Assembly (NCBI GenBank): GCA_002269645.1
Contig: NIVC01000150.1
Coordinates: 248,001-312,000 of the forward strand
Direction: 5' to 3'
Origin: Macrostomum lignano
Taxonomy: Eukaryota
Length of the DNA: 64,000 nucleotides
Part shown: piece after piece, positions 59,769 to 64,000 of the stretch
Position numbering within the stretch: position 1 is the first letter of the stretch
Layout of the letters: each line of letters starts with the position of its first letter
Notes under the pieces: model-generated
What the model saw: the letters and a program-made list of their open reading frames with translations, nothing else
What the model was told of the DNA's origin: nothing
Database searches by the model: none
Translations under genes and position numbers: made by a program

Positions 59769-61013
59769 CCCTGACAGACAGACACAGACAGACTCAGAAG
59801 TGGATCGCGTATCAAAACCTCTGCTCACTGACATAAGGACTAACAACCGATGTCACAGCCGGCACCTTCAACTGAGATAAGACCTAATGGTGCATGTACA
59901 GCTGTCATTTCGGCAGACCTGCCGAATGCATGCAATGAGATCCTCATCACCCTGACTGCTCCAGACACTCGAGACCGCGAGCTGAATCTCCGCCAACGTG
60001 GCATGCACAGGCTGACTAAAACCTGGGTGGCATCCGCGGAAGCTGGCGAGTCGCTTGATGTAAGCCTGATTGCGACCGAGCTTCAACCAGACTTCTGGGT
60101 GCTGGACTGCCTCTGAGACCAGTGACGAAGGTTCTACACGAATTTGCTGCTCAGCTCTGCGGAGTTTTCAACCTCAATGATGGGCTGCATGAGCAGTACT
60201 TGAGACGTGGAGTAAACGCCTCAGCCAGCTCGTACTCAAAGCATCGTAGTGGGACCTACGAGTCTACCGTGCACAGACAGGTCTGTGACAGCTCGGCCGT
60301 CAGCTCCAGCAAGCCCGTTCGCTTGCAGCAGTCAAAGCACAGTGGTGTGCGATCTGAATTTGAAGCCCTGTTTTCCAAAAATGCGAAACCTGGCAGCACT
60401 GGAATTGGTGAGCGAGTCCGCACTAAGTGAGGCTGCGGATTAGCGAAAAATGCTGACAAGACCGTGACAAAAATCTCTAAAGTGATTGCAAACAACTCAC
60501 TAGTGACTTTACGTTTTTAATGACTTGATGCGACCAAGAGGCAAATGTTGAGTCACGAGCGCATTACGCGAGTTGTAGAACAGTAAAAGTCGCGAGCCTT
60601 TTTATTGTTTCTGAGTCGCAGACAATAAAACGCCTCAAGTTCCTACGCGACACTTTGGCAACTTGTAGCTTGACATCACGTCATTTTAGAGTGGTTTAGA
60701 GTCAATTCTTGCCTATTTTAACTGTGTTACTTGCAACGACTCTGAAACGACGCTGGAGTGATGCAAGTGACTAATCATTGGAAAGCGCAAGTGACTGATG
60801 GTTAATCTAATGTGGTGCCTATTCTTACGCTTCATACAAAGAACATACAGAGCTGCCGTTTTGTACAAATCATCTGTATGTAGACTGTAGTACTTCAGTA
60901 CAAGTAGTTCGATTTGTCTATTCTGATGCCGTCTGCAATATTTGGTACCCTCTGCTTCCACGTTTCAACACCATCAGTTTTGCTGCTACTAACAACTCGA
61001 AATTCGTGTTTAA

Positions 61014-61255
61014 GGGGGATGCAGCCTAGTGATTAGAGCGTCGGACTCACAAATTAAAGGTCGGGGGTTCGATTCTCGACCCACTCGGAAAAAATTGCGT
61101 CCTTGAGCAAGACACCTAACTCTGCATTGCTTCAGTTCACCCAGCTGTAAAATGGGTGCCAGCATTTAGCTAGCTGGGGTAATTGAGGTTGTGTGGCGAC
61201 CCCCCCCCCCCCAGTCCTTGGACTGAACAGCCGTACGCAGCCTTCAGCTGCGGCT
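61014..61255 (+). mobile_element. tRNA-derived SINE with a CORE/Meta-like body
   Basis: A-box-like TAGTGATTAG and B-box GGTTCGATTCT, followed by GTCCTTGAGCAAGACACCTAAC...CTGTAAAATGGG, which resembles conserved SINE central domains. Confidence 0.75.
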
Positions 61256-61880
61256 GAGCTGTCGGTTGTACAACAACTGCGCTCAGCTAGATTTGTCGAG
61301 TACTTTGCGAGTCGTACGTCATGTGGTGGATGGATGGGCCAATGATACTGTTAAGTAACCAGTAGGAGAGACCATTGCCGATCGTCAAGAACGGTACATT
61401 GCTGAAAACTGCATCGTGCACTCTTGGGTACTTGTCGATCCAGAAAGCCTCAAATGTCTTATGATACCAATCGAACCATATCAAGCATTAGACCAATAAA
61501 TGAAGATAAAATAAATAAAATAGCTTTTAAAATAATCGATATTATACTCCCAATTCAATGAGCAGTTCACGCGAGTAAACAGCATAAAAGCCACTCCAAT
61601 TGCTGACTGTTCCTCATCATGCCTAAAAGCAGTGCTTTCAATACCAAAGCCTAACATGGCGAGCCTACATTCCACCGGCTTGTATGGATGGCCAAGGGAG
61701 GACAATCCAGCAACTCGAATGCTAATGGATGTAACTCTTTTCTATCTTGACTCAAATTGAAGTGCCGCCTGGATCAAAGCATCTCTAAGAAAGTATCGAA
61801 CGGAGCACTTAACTGGCGGAGAATTTTTGCCTACTTAAGCCTCGAAGTCGGCAAATTTCTTCGCATAGCCTTAACCAGGA

Positions 61881-62612
61881 ATGCCGCATCTTCTGGGCCT
61901 TGTTGCAGCGGCTCTGCTGCTGAGTGCGGCCTCAGCAGCTCGATACCTGGAGCTCGAAAAGTTTCAGTGCATCAGGCCAGAGTTTGTGCAGACTCGCAGC
62001 GATGCCACATCAAAGATTAACTGCGCCAGCCTGTGCGACTCAAAGCTCGACTGTCAGGCGTTCAGCCTAGCCGACGGTCCGTGCCAGCTGTTCGTGTTCA
62101 ACAGGTGCAGCAAGCGCGTGAGAGACTGCGGCTGCACTCGCAGGGCGCCGGTGTTCGTGAGGCAGCAGCCGGGACTGCCGCCCGGAGCTCTGTGCCCTGC
62201 CGGATTCTCTAACGACCTGTGCGGCACAAAGTACAAGATGTACTCTGGAGTTCAGGACTGGCTAGTGGCCAAGAATGACATCGACGCGGAGCCTGGAATC
62301 ATCATCATGGCTGACGTAAGCGACCTGGAGGAGCTGCACCATATTCGGAGTTTGGCGCCTGACACTGCGGACACCATGGTGATGCTCGGTGGTTGGCAGC
62401 TGCCCGGCAGCGAGGAGCCGAGAGGAGGCTGGTTCTGGGCTAGTTGTAACTCCAGCATCGACGGCAGCTTGTGGCAGACTGGCCAACCAGACAACGCCGG
62501 GGCCGAGAGCTACGTCTCCGGCGCGCGTACGTTCGACGGCCTGAACGACTACATCAGATCATCGGGCAAATACGTCGGTGCCATTGCGGAGTGCCTGTCA
62601 CCGTTTGACTGA
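61881..62612 (+). CDS. Secreted PAN/apple plus C-type lectin domain protein (243 aa)
   Basis: Signal peptide, CASLCDSKLDCQAFS...CQLF (PAN-like), and MLGG...WFW...LWQTGQPDN...LNDY (CTLD with QPD motif). Confidence 0.8.
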   Translation: MPHLLGLVAAALLLSAASAARYLELEKFQCIRPEFVQTRSDATSKINCASLCDSKLDCQAFSLADGPCQLFVFNRCSKRVRDCGCTRRAPVFVRQQPGLPPGALCPAGFSNDLCGTKYKMYSGVQDWLVAKNDIDAEPGIIIMADVSDLEELHHIRSLAPDTADTMVMLGGWQLPGSEEPRGGWFWASCNSSIDGSLWQTGQPDNAGAESYVSGARTFDGLNDYIRSSGKYVGAIAECLSPFD

Positions 62613-63439
62613 CGCACTTCGAAGCGACTTTATTGAGCTGACTGAAAAATTGAACCAGACAGGCCGCAGTGAACAACATATTGCGGCATTCCGAATTTAA
62701 ATATTGATCGATATTGATTGTTATAAATGCACAGCTGATTGGCTGAATTCACGCGGATGTGCACGGGTTAGAACAAGCGTATATTGATAATATATTGAGA
62801 ATATGTCAGACCAGCATACCATATTGTCCAACCGCAATAGCTTTGTAGTTAACAACGCAATAGACAAACGCAAATACAGCTAAAACTACTATTACTAGTA
62901 ATATATATAAGTAGAGAAGTGACCACACAGAGAAGTATATACGTATCAAAAATTGTCCATAAGCATTCACAGATAATTATTGAATAACAAAGTAAGTACA
63001 ATCTTTCAAAGAATCGAATGGATCTGACAGAGACAGGAAAAACAGCTTTTAAAAAATCTCTTCGTTACATAAAAAATCTGATAAATAAATGTAAAGAACA
63101 AGCGTACAATAGCATCTTTCATACTTGCGCAGCTGCATACGCAAAATAACATGGCTGGGTTTTCTAACAGCTAGAAGGACGGGTTATAACTTTGTTAACC
63201 AGATCACTTATGAAGCAGCCCCTTCTCTCCTAAATTACGAGTATTATGGTAAAAACCAGGCACATGTCAGACAGAGAGGGCTACTCCTAAGAACACGACG
63301 GTTTTATTTTTCTGAGCTGCATTGTTAAAACAATATTTTTGTTTTAAATGCTGCTATAAAAATTTAAGTTTTTTCTGCAACAGTCTGCAAAATCTTTAAT
63401 TGAAAATTGAAGCAGGGGCGGTGGCGGTCAAATGTTCCT

Positions 63440-63690
63440 GACAATCAGATGTCCCTGACAGTCAAACGTCACTGACAGTCAAATGTCCCTGACAATCAAA
63501 CGTCACTGACAGTCAAACGTCACTGAAAGTCAAATGTCACTGAAAGTCAAATGTCACTGAAAGTCAAATATTACTGAAATTCGAATGTCACTGGAAGTCA
63601 AATGTCACTGACAGTCAAGATGTCACTGGCAGTCAAAGTCATCGACAGTGAAATTTTACTGGAAGTCAATTGTCACTGAAAGTTAAATGT
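63440..63690. repeat. Minisatellite, ~20-bp unit AGTCAAATGTCACTGAC
   Basis: Tandem array. Confidence 0.9.
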
Positions 63691-64000
63691 CCATAGTTGT
63701 GGCTATGTGGAATTTCTCTATAATTTCTCTATAAAAGTGACAATCAATAACGTCTCATCCATAAAAAATAATATCAAGTACTGCGCTAGGTCTAATTACG
63801 AATAGCAAATGAGCCAATCCGTTGGGTTATTACTGTTTTCAAGACACCGTGTGATGCTTTCCGAGACTCCTAAACCGTTTCAACTATCAAACGTCAATCC
63901 TTCGCCCGAGCCCGTCGCCGCTGGCTTCTCCCGTCTCAACGCCGGCTGCCGGGTCAGTGACCGGCTCTCTCCGCCTGTAGCAGCGATGGCAGGCAAAAGC

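Noticed and set aside
59400-60430. ORFs 59850-60116 and 60122-60430 as a gene or retroelement
   Set aside because: No recognisable motif. They may be decayed element sequence, but I cannot support a call.
61014-61090. Functional tRNA gene
   Set aside because: It has A/B boxes but poor cloverleaf stems, and it continues directly into a SINE-type body.

Overview
Eukaryotic (metazoan) genomic DNA with spliceosomal introns, many filled by minisatellites; this resembles a Macrostomum-type flatworm genome, but the organism is my inference. Host genes: a calpain/penta-EF-hand 3' end, a UBZ-finger ORF, alpha-SNAP, an AF4/FMR2 (lilliputian-like) gene, a long GABA-B-type class C GPCR gene with a small claudin-like gene nested antisense in an intron, and a PAN plus C-type lectin gene. 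The centrepiece is an 11,020-bp Polinton/Maverick (adintovirus-like) endogenous viral element at 13798-24817. It has ~595-bp near-identical TIRs and a 6-bp TSD (ATCTCT), and it splits a Crypton-type tyrosine recombinase ORF. It keeps integrase, minor and major capsid, adenain protease, packaging ATPase and core-type proteins, but no protein-primed polymerase is visible. It also carries a divergent TATA-binding-protein-like ORF, a TATAAATA box in front of most structural genes, and a ~270-nt hairpin behind a duplicated promoter. Decayed Gypsy, Penelope and mariner elements, several MITEs with clean 8-bp TSDs and a tRNA-derived SINE are also present. All family assignments come from motif recognition by eye; no searches were run.
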